Below are positions 52,501 to 64,000 of a stretch of 64,000 bases of DNA, in pieces. This DNA comes from Lytechinus pictus (taxonomy: Eukaryota): NCBI RefSeq assembly GCF_037042905.1, contig NC_087248.1, positions 13,330,001 to 13,394,000 of the forward strand, given 5' to 3'. The notes under the pieces were generated by a model. It did no database searches. It was not told where the DNA came from and was given only the letters and a program-made list of their open reading frames with translations. The position numbers and the translations under genes were made by a program. Numbering within the stretch: position 1 is the stretch's first letter; every line of letters starts with the position of its first letter.

Positions 52501-55500
52501 GCGCGAGCGGAAAATACTTGATATTCCGGTATGAAAATGGTGAATTTGAGCACTATCTAAAGTATTGCGTAGGGAAATTGTGAAGTGGATGTGGAAAGCA
52601 CTTAATAAATGATGCGAGTGTGAAGCGCGAGCTGATATCTTCATTATTATTTTGACCTAGGACCTGGACATTCTAGGTCTAAGGACATTTTGTCATCATA
52701 TGAAAATGATGACAACTTTCTTATTCCTCTTCCTGAGCGCGATATGAAACATATGAAACTGTGATATTGTCGATATTCTTTTCTGAAAAGGGACAATTTG
52801 GTCATTTAGTCAGAATTCATGAAAATTTTATTATCATATTTATTAATGTAATTAGCCTAAATGAGTGAGTAAAATGTGTTGACACTGAGGCCTGAAAACT
52901 GGATATTTTAAGCACTTTTGTAATCATGAATAGGATTTGTGAGTTGATATATTTGTAACAAAAATGCGAGCGCAAATCGTTAGACGAAATTTTTGGTAAA
53001 CTGTCATAAAAGGGGGGTTTTAAGTAGTTTGTTATATAATTTGGCAAATCAAATAATGCGAGCGCATAGCGCAAGCTGCAAGTTATATTCACACCATAAA
53101 ACGGACATTAAACAGAGCACTTAGAAATCAGTTTGTAAATCAAACAAAATAATGAATAAAGTCCGAGCGGAAATATGCTTTGTAATATCAACTTTAAAAC
53201 TTGATATTTTAAGCTACATATCAGCCTATTTAGCAAGATGTGTATCTCATCGAACAGGCTATGCGAGCGCGAAGTGCGAGCGAAAAAATTCATATAGTGA
53301 CATGAAATATATTTTTTTATCATTTTCCAAGTCATCCCCTGACCTTTTTTTTTTCACTCGGCTCCCTCCTCTTATTTTACCTCTTATTTTTCCTCCTTTC
53401 TTTCCCCTTCTTTTTCTTTTTTTTCTTTCTTTCCCCTTTTTTTCCCATTTGTTTGCTCTGCCGATAGGGGAGGGGGGCCGGGCCCCTCAGCCCCCCTGGA
53501 TCCGCCTATGGATGGAGCTCAATTCTACAGCTTTCTTACGGCGTACGTTTGATTTCAAGATACTCGAGAATGCCTTGAGTACTTCTTACGTCAAACGTAC
53601 GGCCGACATATGACTCTGTGCACTCCCTTTGTCTAGGGGGTAATTATCCGGGGATAATTGTCCGGGGGTAGTTGTCCGGAGGGTAATTGTCCGGGGGGTA
53701 GTTGTCCGGGGGGTAGTTGTCCGGGGGGTAGTTGTCCGGGGGGTAGTTGTCCGGGGGTAGTTGTCCGGGGGGTAGTTGTCCGGGGGGTAGTTGTCCGGGG
53801 GGTAGTTGTCCGGGGGGTAGTTGTCCGGGGGGTAGTTGTCCGGGGGGTAGTTGTCCGGGGGGTAATTGTCCTCGGGGGGTAATTGTCCGGGGGGTAATTG
53901 TCCGGGGGGTAATTGTCCTCGGGGGGTAATTGTCCGGGGGGTAGTTGTCCGGGGGGTGATTGTCCAGGGGGTAGTTGTCCTGATACCCTGAATATTCACT
54001 CACCTATCTCTTCTACACTGATATAAAAGCTATGATATACATGTAGCATTTTAATAACTATTCAGCCCACTAATGGGGCATTGCAAGAAACTTGCGATCA
54101 ATTGCAAGTCTATTTTCAGTCCCTTAATCAATCATATGTCTTGCAATTGATTAAAAATTTGCAACTGATTGCTAATCTGCTTTTTGGAACAAGGATTGTA
54201 ATCTGATTTGTTACATCTAATATTGATCAATCAATTGTAAAATTGCAACATAATATTTGCAATTGATTGCAAATATTTTCTTGCAACACCCCTAAAGAGT
54301 ACATGTAGTTACCACCACTCATGATGGATAAAGTTATCAATCACCAAAGGTGAAAGATCACATGCTTGAATGCTCCCTTATCCTGACTGGGTATTGGTTG
54401 CCACTCACGATGTGTCACCTCTCCTAACTAAGTTAATGTCAAACAGTAATGTTAGCAATTCTTTCCACCTACTGTTTGCAAAATTTGTTATATAAAAACA
54501 CCTAATTTGTGGGAAGAAATAAAACAAAATAGAAAGACATGGTTCTCATTTTATTTGATAAGGAAATACAAAACAGTTTTGTTGGGGAAATACCCTGTAC
54601 ATAGCAGCACCCATTACAGGTGTCTTAATTTCTTAGCAAAATTTTCAAGATCTCAGTCATGGGCAATACAGTCTTGAATATCCTGGGTTGTATACTTGTA
54701 GGGTAAAGCCTCTTTTGGTTCTTTAGTATTTGAAGCCAAGTTAATGTATTGGCAGCAAACAGTGATTCCTCGAGAAAGTATGTAAAATGAAGGTTAGTTA
54801 TCGCCATATCTTCTTGGATGAAGAGTTACATAAAGAAAATTTGGTGAAATCATGAAATATGAGCTGGAAAATGATCAAATTGAAGATATCCAACTCATAA
54901 AGTATGTTGGGAACAGTGTAATTTATTGCTTTGAAAAAGACCTTGACACCTAGCTGGAATGCCATTTTCATTTTGTCAATTTTCGGATTCCAGAATCATT
55001 TGGCACATATGTTCTGAGTACAAAACATTTGGTTGGACATTTATTGGATTCTGTTCAATCTGATTTTTAGATTGTTACCACGACTCACAATTACGTTTGA
55101 TCTCTCTCCTTCACTCTAGTAGCCACAGAATCGGATGAGGAGTTAGCCCGGTCTTTCATGACGGTGAAAGCCAAGATGAGGGACAAGGTAAGAATAACCT
55201 TTTTTGAAATTGACATAATATTATATAGCATTTATGAGGCGCTTATTATCTGAAAGAGCAATTCTTCTTCATACTGTAAAAAATTGAGGTCGTGAAGTTG
55301 AATAAAAGAAAAGAGACAAGAGTTTCTTGGACACTACTCTTTTTGGACTGCTTGGAAGTTTCACTTAGATTACACAGTATGCACATCTCATGCTTGAGTG
55401 AACCCCAAACTTCAAACCTTGTTTTCTCATTATTTTTTAAGCTCTTGCTGAATTTCCTCAGCATTCAATCAAGTACTTGTAATGGTTATTGTTGGTCAAT

Positions 55501-58500
55501 TTCAACATATTATATATCATTTTAAAGCTCAGGAAATGTATTTTCAAGCCCAATAAAGATATCAATATTCATTTTGGTCGACTTATTGTTGGTTTTGGGG
55601 TGGCACGTCACATATATTACCCTGGCTGTAGCTCCAGCTGCTCAAGGCGCTTGGTGCATTCAAGGAATTTATTTTGCCTGGTACCCATTCACTTCACCTG
55701 GGTTGAGTGCAGCACAATGTGGATATTTTATTTCTTGCTCATGGAAAACATGCTTTGGCTGAAATTCAAGCCCACGTCCCTCTCATTGAAAGATGAGATT
55801 CTTAATCACTAGACCACGACTCCCCCACAAAAAATTTTGAAATTGACATCTGATGTGAAACACACCAACTCAGCATTTTTAGTCCACAAAATTTGTAAAT
55901 TATGTGGAAAAGATCATTCTTTTAACCCTAAACAGGCCGGGGGGGGGGGGGGGTTGAATCAACCCCCCCTCAACATTTTCTGCGATCATTCCGCCGCGCG
56001 AAATCTTTTGACCGCGCAACTCGCAGAGTTTATACTTTTAAGTCTCCTGCATCTTTTGAGACCAAATTTATGACGCCCGGGTACACGGTTCCGAAATTAC
56101 GCAACATTTTGTAAGTGCATGTCAGACCAAAAATTGTTCCAAAACGTGATTTTGTGTACAAAGTCAATGCAAATTGAGTTATCTCATCTTATTCATAAAG
56201 ATATGATTATTTTTACTTTAAACAGCTGAAATCAATTGATTTTAGCATAATTATGCTTCAAAAAGGTTGTGCAATAAATCTGGTGAAAAAAACAAAGAAA
56301 AACAAAAGGTTGATAAACAGAGAAATACATAAGAAATTCATAAAACAATAAAATACATAAGAAATTGATTTCCAAACCGAAGTTTTTTTCAATTGCGATT
56401 GTTAAGAATGCTACAAAAAATATTTTTACCAAAAATTAGCATTCTAGGAGCTTTATTTAGTGAATTAGAGCAAAAAGTATGATTTATGCATAAATTAGCA
56501 TAATTAATTCATATAAAATAAAATCTCATTATTTTGGAATATTTTACCATACAGCCTTGTAGATAACATCGCACACTACCGGCGTGCAAATTTTTGCGGC
56601 GCTTGGCGGCCGAGATCTCAGGGGGGGTTGAATCAACCCCCCCCCCCCCCTGGCCACAGAACAGCCAAAAAAGCCCGGCCTAGTTAGGGTTAAGGAACAT
56701 CTTTGAACAAAACGATGTTATGCAGTAGAGAATGGATGTATGAAACCTACTTTAAAGTTCATAATTCTTATTGAACATGTTGAAGGACTGGGGAGAAAGT
56801 GAAAAGGGAAGAGGATAGATAAAGACCCAGCCAAAATTCACCTATAATATGAAAAGAGTGACAGTGTGTTAGGGATGGAATGCATGTATTCAAACTCTCT
56901 CAAACTTTTTCCTAATAGACTATTAACCATCTTTAATTTGACATCAATATTTTTAAGACCAACACTCTACTCATTTGCTACAGAGAGGAGATTTAGTGGG
57001 AAGATCGGACACTCAAGGTGGCAAAGACTCTACCGATGGTCATCACTCTCTCCAGGGCGATCCTAACTCTCTAAATGTAGCCTTCAATGTCTCGATCCTC
57101 CGTTTTGGTTCATGGCCTATGCACGCGGTAGGGACTACGCTGAGACTCCCTGCTGTGTCAATGACGCCTGATGGCTTTCATTTTCATTTCCAACGTATGT
57201 GTGCCTCTCAGTTTTTTATTTTTCTTCCTTTGAATAGCGATGTTCGAAATATGAAATCTCTTTTATTTAATTTCATAATCAGTTGCTTACGTGTAAGTGG
57301 CTTAGTTTAAAAAGAAATCACATATATTAGGGGTGCTCTCAAAGCTTGCTGGAGTCTCTTGCTATTGACTATTTGATTTTATTTCTTCAAAATCTGAGGA
57401 TACTGAATGAAGTTCAACTCCTTGGTGAATATGAAGTCTATGGACAAGCAAACTCGACATATTTAGTTAGCAGTAAATGTTAAGAACATCACACTGACAG
57501 GTGCTCGAGCTTTTGAAAACTATAATGACATTGCTGAAAAGATAATGCAGAATCCTGATATATAGTTTTGCAATTTTAATGTCAACTCTATTACATAAGC
57601 CAATGAACCACAAAAGATGTTAGTTGTTCCAAATGAATTCCAGTAGTATAATACATATAGAGCATAAAATTGCAGAAGAAAAAAAACTTGCTGAGCATCA
57701 ACAATATGTATTTATGATAGTATTGTGTACCTGTTGATATTGATTCTGAGGATGTTTTTAAATTCCTTAAATGCAAGCAAGATGGACTTGGTTAATAGTG
57801 CATCCGATTTCACTATAATCAACATGTATGAATTTTCCATATGACATTATTGCTGATGCACAGAAAATGTATTTTTTGTTTTTATTTTGCGTAGAATCAA
57901 CCCACAAATGTGGTAAGATTGAGCTGCTGGTAAAGGACATTGAGAAATGTGATCATTACCTGAGCGACGACGGCTTCTCAACGTTTTTCATCATGCCGAC
58001 GCCTAACTTTTCTCAAGTTGTACGATCCCGTCTCTCCATGAATCGCAAGGTAGTGCACTTTGATCCTGGGAGTAAAGGTGAGTACTATGGTATCTTTGAT
58101 GAGTCTCCTTTTTTCAGTTAGTTAATGATGTGAGTTCGAAAGGGCTGCGAAGAATGATGCTTTGCTGTAATGAGCTTCCACTCCTTTTCCGCTTTATATT
58201 GCACATGTCAAGTATTTACTTCAAATTTCATTTAAGCCGGTGATTGCAGGCGAATATTTCGACTTATTTCCAGGGAGCGAGAGATGTTTAATGCCATTGT
58301 GGCAAGATATAAAGACTACATGTACATGGGTTTTTCTGTACACCCTAGGATGGAGTACTTGAAATGCATATGTCATTACTGTGTGTCATTCATTGCAGAG
58401 GAGTATGAGAAGATGGTTGTGATTCGTTCTGCCCAGGAGCTACATGTCCATTCCTACAGGGAGAAGGTCCAAAAGGTGCTCGCCGCTATGGCTGAAAAGA

Positions 58501-61500
58501 GTGATAACTCTGGTATGAGTAAGTATATGAATTCCGGATGAACTACCATCAATGTCAGAATTTCAAAATGTTCCTTGTTACAAAGTAAATGTTGCTCACC
58601 TCCCCAACATTTTAGTTTCATGTTCTATTAACTTTGCTCATAATGGTTTGAATTCACAAAGGGAGACACCATGGTACAAAAACCATGGACTATGCAGATT
58701 TTGTGTACATAATTACACTTTTTCATCATGTACATTAAAAAAATTCCAATAATAAATGTGTGCGTTTGGCAGAGTGTGCTGAATTCATGCCTAAATGATC
58801 ACAATAATACAGGAAATCTGCATTGTCCTTGGTTGTGTACCATGGTACAATAGATGTATGGTGATCTATAGTTTACTTAGATCACCACACCGGCCACATA
58901 ACAGACTTCGTTCTAGTGGAGATACTACAATTTTACACATTCCTAGAGTTGTTTCAAAAGGGGGGAAGCTAGTTTGATTTTTGCGGTCCCAAATTATGGA
59001 ATAGTTTACCAATTAACCTTCGATCATGTACTTCTGTTGAATCGTTTAAAAGACATTTGAAAACATTCTTAGTTTTGTTGTAGTGTAATTGTAATATTGG
59101 AGAGCAATTTGCATTAAGCGCATAGAGCAATTTTAATTGATTATGCGCTATATAAGTACCAATTTATTATTACTATTATTTATTGATAGAACTACCTTTG
59201 TGAATGCGTGCCAAAATGTTGCCGAGCTATACATCATGTGATGTCTATGACTCCTCGTGATAGTTACCCACAAAGAATGATAATGTGTCTATCTGCTTCT
59301 CTCTATGACTGTCATATCATAGATACGAAGCCAAGGAAAATTCTGTGTTTTCCATTAGATCAAGTGGCTATTTTGATCAATATTCAAACTACATCTTCTA
59401 AAGGTTTATTTATCATAATGGAGAGGTAGATATTCTCTAGAATAGTGCAAATAATCACTGTTGGTGAAGTTGATTAGCAAACTATCACCTACGAGGCAAG
59501 CTGGATGTAGCTATCTTTCCAAAACGAAGCTGGGAAAGATAGCGAGTACATCCAGCTTGCCGAGGAAGTGATAGTTTGCCTCGTCACCTGAAATCAAGAG
59601 GTGATTATATGCTTTATATTCTGCACCGTGAACCACTATAAACGATGAAACCGATATCCCTACGTCTCTATAAAAAGAATTTTGATTTTAAAAAAATTCA
59701 AAATTTCCTTTGAAAAAAATATATTGAGACGATTATGCTTGTTTTAATGCTAGCGCATATGTAAACTGTGTGTAAGCATCCGAGATCTTGCTCCAGCAAG
59801 ATTTATACCTCACAAAGGAATTTTTCCGTCACAACAAAACATTCGAGGGGCAATGCACTTTTATTTTGCACAAAGGTTTACTGCTAGGACGTATGAACAT
59901 TGCACGCGCACATTTAGATATTGCATGATCATCACAGCAGGTGATGCAGACCTGCCCACCAGTACGTTTTAGCCGTATTTAGTACGTTTTTGCAACCAAA
60001 ATACGGCAGTACGTTTTTTCTTTGAAAAATACGTTTTTTTTATACTAAATCGTAATTTATTGAGAAAAATAATCTCTATATGTCTCTATTTCATAAAACG
60101 TACACAAATATGGTTATTAGATCAATGTTATTTCAGGTAACTTGTTTTTTTTTTCAATCATTTTGTTAAAACCAGGGTGACGATGTACACATGTTTTAAT
60201 GTTTTTTTTTTTCATCTGCAAGAGCAGTGCGCATTTTAGCTTGCATGCAGCTTGAGCGCCGCGATGAGCGAGTGCGCCAAGCATTTTATTATGAAATACA
60301 CTTTTTTGGGGAAAAATACAGTTTTTTTTACCACAGAATACAGTTTTTCATTCCCAGAGGTTGGCAGGTCTGGTGATGGAGAATAATGTACCAAAAGACT
60401 TGAGTGGCAATGACCTCTTCATTTTGCACGTACTCAAACCAATTCACAAAGCGTTATGACCCTATGGGCTGAAAATATTAGCGAAACACAAAAGTTCCAT
60501 CACTGATTGATGGGGGAAACTACCCTTTATCACATGACTGACTTTAGACCAATCCTTTAGCAAGATTCTTAGTATGTGGAATATAATACATAATAAATCC
60601 CCCTTTCTTCCGTTAGGTTTGAAATTTGAGCCAATAGACAAGGCGAGGACCACTGCCCTCCTCGAATCCTCAACGAGACCCGAGATGAAGGGCACGGTCT
60701 TCATTACAAGGCCAAACAACGGTTCCCATGCAGCTACCCTCAATTCAGCTGACCGTCCAGTTTCCATTACCATGCAGCAACTCGCCAGGGTAGGGAGTGG
60801 TCAGGGTGCAATGGTCAAGACCAAAGCCAGCTCTGATGACCAGTTTGATAAGTAAGTGTGTTGCACCTTGATGGTTTGTGATACTAATCTGTTGGGAGTT
60901 CTTCTATTCATTTCATTTTACTGTCATCTATTCATTCCACTTTATTGTAGTTATACAAAGGGATACTTCCATAAGGGCAATATTCTCAATCAAGGACATC
61001 AAAGAATGAAAGATGGGATATTATTCATTTACCCAGGGTACTATGAATAGAAGAGCAGTGGAAGAGCCTTGGTGTAGTGGTTCTGGCTTTCGCCATGTAA
61101 ACAGAGGGTTGTCTGTTCGTATCCCACCGCGGTCTAGCGTCCGTTGGCAAGGTGTTAATCCACACTTTGCTACTCTCAACCCAGGTGCTAAATGGGTACC
61201 CAGTAGGATGCGAAAGTTATTGTATGTTTGAATTTGCCAGCACAATTATGAGGCTGCGATGGATGCAAGGAATGCTCCCCAGGGAGTGGAAATTGTGCAC
61301 TTATCGTGCAGGATTGAAATGAATCCAGTGACCGGGGTAATAATATGCTGTAAAGAGCTTTGAGCCATTCTGGGAAAAGCACTATATAAAACCTAGCTAT
61401 TATTAATAGATGGAAAGTCTATTCAGAACTGTATTAATAGACAGGGAAGTCTATAAAGAAATATCCATAGTAAATTTATTTGATAGGGGGATTTGTACGT

Positions 61501-62865
61501 CATGGGAAGGGGGGGGGGGGGATTTTGTACATGAAGTGGAACTGTGTCATTCTTGGAGTTGGAAATCATTGTTTCTATTGTGAAATGCCTTGAGAATATT
61601 AATAATGTGGTGATCATGTGCAGTTCTTTAAATTATATTAAAAAATAATTTATACTCCACTTCTTTCAGTAAATTATTTGTGTATCCACCACCACCCAAG
61701 TTTGGTGGAATCACCGTGACAACAGAAGACAGAGACTGCCTTGAAGAAGGGGAATTCCTGAATGATGTCATCATTGATTTCTATCTAAAGTAAGTAAACA
61801 ATTCAAGAACAAAAAATTAGAAATGGAAAAAAGGGTTTTAGTCGCTGTTTTTCACAAATTAAACTTCTTCTATTTCCATCTGTATCACATGGCCATCAAT
61901 TCATATTTTCTAGCGTGCAATATAATAAGTGATGATCAGTCACTAGTTATATAATTTTGGCTGGCCATAACATAATGGCAATATATATCAAGCAACAATG
62001 ATCTACACCATTATTACATAAAACAAATAATGCACAGTTTATCTTTTGTGGCTTGTTGTGATTATCCATGTTCAGTAACTTAGAAACACTGATGTCCTCT
62101 GTTCTGACACCCTTGGTCATTACCTCAGGCATGTTTGAGCCATTCCAAAGTTACCCCGGTGGGTATATTCGTACTAATACCCTTATTGATGTGCATTATT
62201 ATACAAATAATGCACGTAAGTGCGTGCATGCAGGGCCAAATAATGAACAATGTGTGAGAAGAGCCAATGATTATACCGCACCAAGGTCCGCAGGGCCGCG
62301 AGTCGAACACAGAGTTATTATTTAGGTCCTCTATGCACAAGAATGTGTGTATTGTTTGTTTTATACAACCCCCCCCCCACCCATGTTACTGAGTTGCCCC
62401 AAATGCTATATTTGGTCTAAATTCTAGATAATTCGAGATCATTCGAGAACTCGCACTATCCTGCACTCTGATGTCAGAGTGCAGGATAGTGCATTTGGTA
62501 TGATGTCAGAGTGCAGGATAGTGCATTTTGGATGCAATAGTGCAATTCGCTGAAAATCATGTGATCCAATTTGGACCAATCAGATTACAGAACATTCTTG
62601 GGAGTTGTATAATATATACTAACACATCATATTATGTTACTAGATACATTGTGATGGAGAAACTGAGTGATGTGGACCGGGAGAGGACCCATCTATTCAG
62701 CTGTTTCTTCTACAAGCGATTGCTGCAACAGGACACGCGAGGTAACATCTCGCCGGACCTCAACGGACTCACCCCGAAGGAGAAACGACATCAGAAGGTC
62801 AGGAAGTGGACTCGTCATGTCGATATCTTTGCCAAAGACTTCATCATAATTCCCATCAATGACTG
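37553..62865 (+). CDS. Sentrin/SUMO-specific protease, SENP6/SENP7 (Ulp2-like, peptidase C48) subfamily; 3' end lies beyond the window
   Basis: Exons 37553-37589, 39410-39536, 41869-41968, 42882-43033, 45018-45230, 45640-45717, 46301-46569, 47360-47460 (GC donor), 47996-48878, 50590-50670, 55120-55187, 56984-57194, 57895-58077, 58399-58512, 60617-60851, 61670-61789, 62644-62865 join in one open frame (about 1064 codons). The catalytic-domain start [41 protein letters not shown] and [11 protein letters not shown]...[25 protein letters not shown] are diagnostic of SENP6/7. The N-terminal exons rest on splice and phase logic only. SENP6 cannot be told from SENP7 here. Confidence 0.88.
41080..41248. 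repeat. Long palindrome (~80-bp arms), probably part of a non-autonomous element
   Basis: ggctaaaactattcgca..ggaacatcacatagtactattctccc / gggagaatagtactatgtgatgttcc..tgcgaatagttttagcc, centred near 41163. Confidence 0.8.
42450..42728 (-). mobile_element. tRNA-derived SINE
   Basis: Minus strand A box TGGTCTAGTGG, B box GGTTCGAATCC, central CCCAGGTGAGGTGAATGGGTACC, (ATT)n tail. Confidence 0.85.
43097..43394. other. Assembly gap (N run) within a (CAT)n-like microsatellite
   Basis: About 298 N flanked by CAT/CAC repeats. Confidence 0.95.
43559..43901. mobile_element. Two abutting Harbinger-like MITEs
   Basis: GGTTCCGTAACACAAAGC...GCTTTGTGTTATGGACT (43559-~43687), then GGGGTGTTTCACGAAGAG...CTCTTTGTGAAACAGCCC (43691-43901). 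Confidence 0.6.
44100..44388 (+). mobile_element. tRNA-derived SINE (same family as 42450-42728)
   Basis: A box TGGCCCAGTGG, B box GGTTCGAATCC, CCAGGTGAGATGAATGGGTACC, TTA tail. Confidence 0.85.
49050..49820 (+). mobile_element. piggyBac-like MITE (TTAA TSD)
   Basis: ttaa|CCCTATCTAGGCCGGGG ... CCCCGGCCTAGATAGGG|ttaa, a perfect 17-bp TIR. Confidence 0.9.
50331..50450. mobile_element. Harbinger-like MITE, CTG TSD
   Basis: ctg|GACCGTATTACATAAA ... TTTATGTAACTGTGCC|ctg; a similar element at ~45957-46090. Confidence 0.5.
50784..53987. mobile_element. Foldback/Mutator-type element with inverted arrays of a 15-bp unit (TU-like), 9-bp TSD
   Basis: Left arm ~50791-51381 (GGACAAYTACCCCCC)n; right arm ~53636-53980 inverted; termini GG...CC; CTGAATATT at 50775-50783 and 53988-53996; no transposase ORF seen inside. 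Confidence 0.9.
55608..55826 (-). mobile_element. Decayed tRNA-derived SINE
   Basis: Reverse complement of the same family (gtacccattcacttcacctggg; cactagaccacgac). Confidence 0.7.
55926..56689 (+). mobile_element. piggyBac-like MITE (TTAA TSD)
   Basis: ttaa|CCCTAAACAGGCCGGG ... CCCGGCCTAGTTAGGG|ttaa; related to 49050-49820. Confidence 0.85.
59451..59608. repeat. Long imperfect palindrome
   Basis: gcaaactatcac..ggcaagctggatgta.gctatctttcc / ggaaagatagc..tacatccagcttgcc..gtgatagtttgc around a CGAAG centre. Confidence 0.75.
59947..60372 (-). mobile_element. CAGACCTGCCAACC-family MITE, 6-bp TSD
   Basis: Reverse-orientation copy of 18828-19227; GTGATG duplicated at 59941-59946 and 60373-60378. 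Confidence 0.85.
61062..61405 (+). mobile_element. tRNA-derived SINE (related subfamily)
   Basis: TGGTGTAGTGG A box, GTTCGTATCC B box, CCCAGGTGCTAAATGGGTACC, (TAT)n tail. Confidence 0.75.
61670..62865 (+). CDS. SENP6/7 catalytic-domain exons (61670-61789, 62644-62865)
   Basis: YPPPP-x2-GG, CL[17 protein letters not shown], FFYKRL and WTRHVDIF motifs of the C48 Ulp2-type protease; canonical splice sites. Confidence 0.95.
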
Positions 62866-62894
62866 GTGAGTAATAAAAAAATGTGTAGGTTTTT

Positions 62895-63313
62895 CAGACA
62901 TGCCAACCGTTCCCTTTTTAGAGTATTTGTTCCTCTTTTTTGCTATGAATACACCAATACTTTTTTGTTTGATTTGTTACTTTTAAATTTTTTTTCAAAT
63001 CATGGAGTATGTATTTTACACAGCCCGTGACACAAGTGCCTGTCAGACGGTCCCAGACCGGTAAAAATCACTGTCGGGCCAGTAACTTGTTGCATGAAAA
63101 GAACAAGTAAATTCTTGCCTACGAGCACATGTTTAAAAGAGTGAATTATCAAGTTTTCAAGTCGAGTCATTTCACGTGTTTTTTCACCAATCTCACTACA
63201 ACAGGCCGGCGATTGCTACATTGAGGTATATTTTTAAAAATACTATTTTTTTGTCAAAAAATACTTTTTTTTCCTTCTAAGAATACTTTTTTTTATAGGA
63301 GGTTGGCAGGTTG
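62895..63313. mobile_element. CAGAC(A/C)TGCCAACC-type MITE, different body
   Basis: CAGACATGCCAACC ... GGTTGGCAGGTTG; flanks gttttt/gtttta. Confidence 0.55.
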
Positions 63314-64000
63314 GTTTTACAGATATTCATCAATCACATATGATTATTTATGGCTGGGACCGTCATTTAACATCATACCTGAAAGACATGACAAAGGGCT
63401 TGAACCTCAAACCTCTGCATCAATTCTTGATTTCCATTTTGTAGCTTGGATTACAGATGCACATCACAATGCACAGTTGTGCATGAGTACTGGTATAATA
63501 TTCTTTGCCAATGTTTGCAGTGGTGACTTTTTTTTTATATTAATGGGGCTAGAGTGCAGGAGGTAAATTTTATTTTCATCACAGGGACTAATTTCCCTTT
63601 TCTTTTCATTCAAAATTGAATTTCTGTTGCACCAAATAGGAATTTGAAATCATTGGGGTTCTTTTGCACTTTACCAGGGCTATTTCTGGACATTTTGGGA
63701 ATAAATCAACAAGTGCCCCCTGTGCATTATTTATTGTATTATTATGGTGACATATGCATGAATTGTTCACTATGAGATCATGTAAAAAATATGTATCAAC
63801 ATATTTTCGTGTGTGCTAATGGGGTATTTTTTTAAATCCTGTTTTCATTGCAGAAAACATAATGACGATAGACTTGAAAAAAAAGTGTTACAGAAGTGGA
63901 AACAAATAAGAATTGCTAATGGAAATATAGAAGAGATCAAGAGATGATACATCATTCCACATCATTTCACTCTTTCCAGTTACTGTATTTACTTTTTTAC

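Noticed and set aside
50760-54003. Long ORFs encoding [20 protein letters not shown] repeats
   Set aside because: They are translations of a stop-poor 15-bp repeat forming transposon arms, open in several frames, with no splice support.

Overview
AT-rich, intron-rich animal genomic DNA. The SINE and MITE repertoire and a TU-like foldback element suggest an echinoderm, probably a sea urchin (inference). Three multi-exon genes were rebuilt by hand from splice sites with consistent phases: a CEP57/translokin-like gene (+, 9 coding exons, 5537-17443, 516 aa), UTP14 (-, 13 coding exons, 37022-22435, 799 aa), and a SENP6/SENP7-type SUMO protease (+, 17 exons from 37553 to at least 62865, running off the window). 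UTP14 and the SENP gene are head-to-head with start codons about 530 bp apart. Introns and intergenic DNA are dense with non-autonomous DNA transposons (hAT-like with 8- or 6-bp TSD, piggyBac-like and Kolobok-like TTAA, Harbinger-like CWG, CACTG/TA) and tRNA-derived SINEs. The most notable items are: (1) a 5'-truncated Penelope-like retroelement in a CEP57 intron carrying a minimal hammerhead ribozyme with a variant core (13576-13614, -); (2) a complete 3.2-kb foldback element whose arms are inverted arrays of a 15-bp G-rich unit, with an exact 9-bp TSD (50784-53987); (3) splicing oddities, namely a GC-AG intron, a ~340-nt AG-exclusion zone and a duplicated in-frame donor; (4) a structured intronic island in UTP14; and (5) a perfect DR5 element in the bidirectional promoter. 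No CRISPR, rRNA or true tRNA is supported. I cannot show from sequence alone that any of these is a wholly new system.
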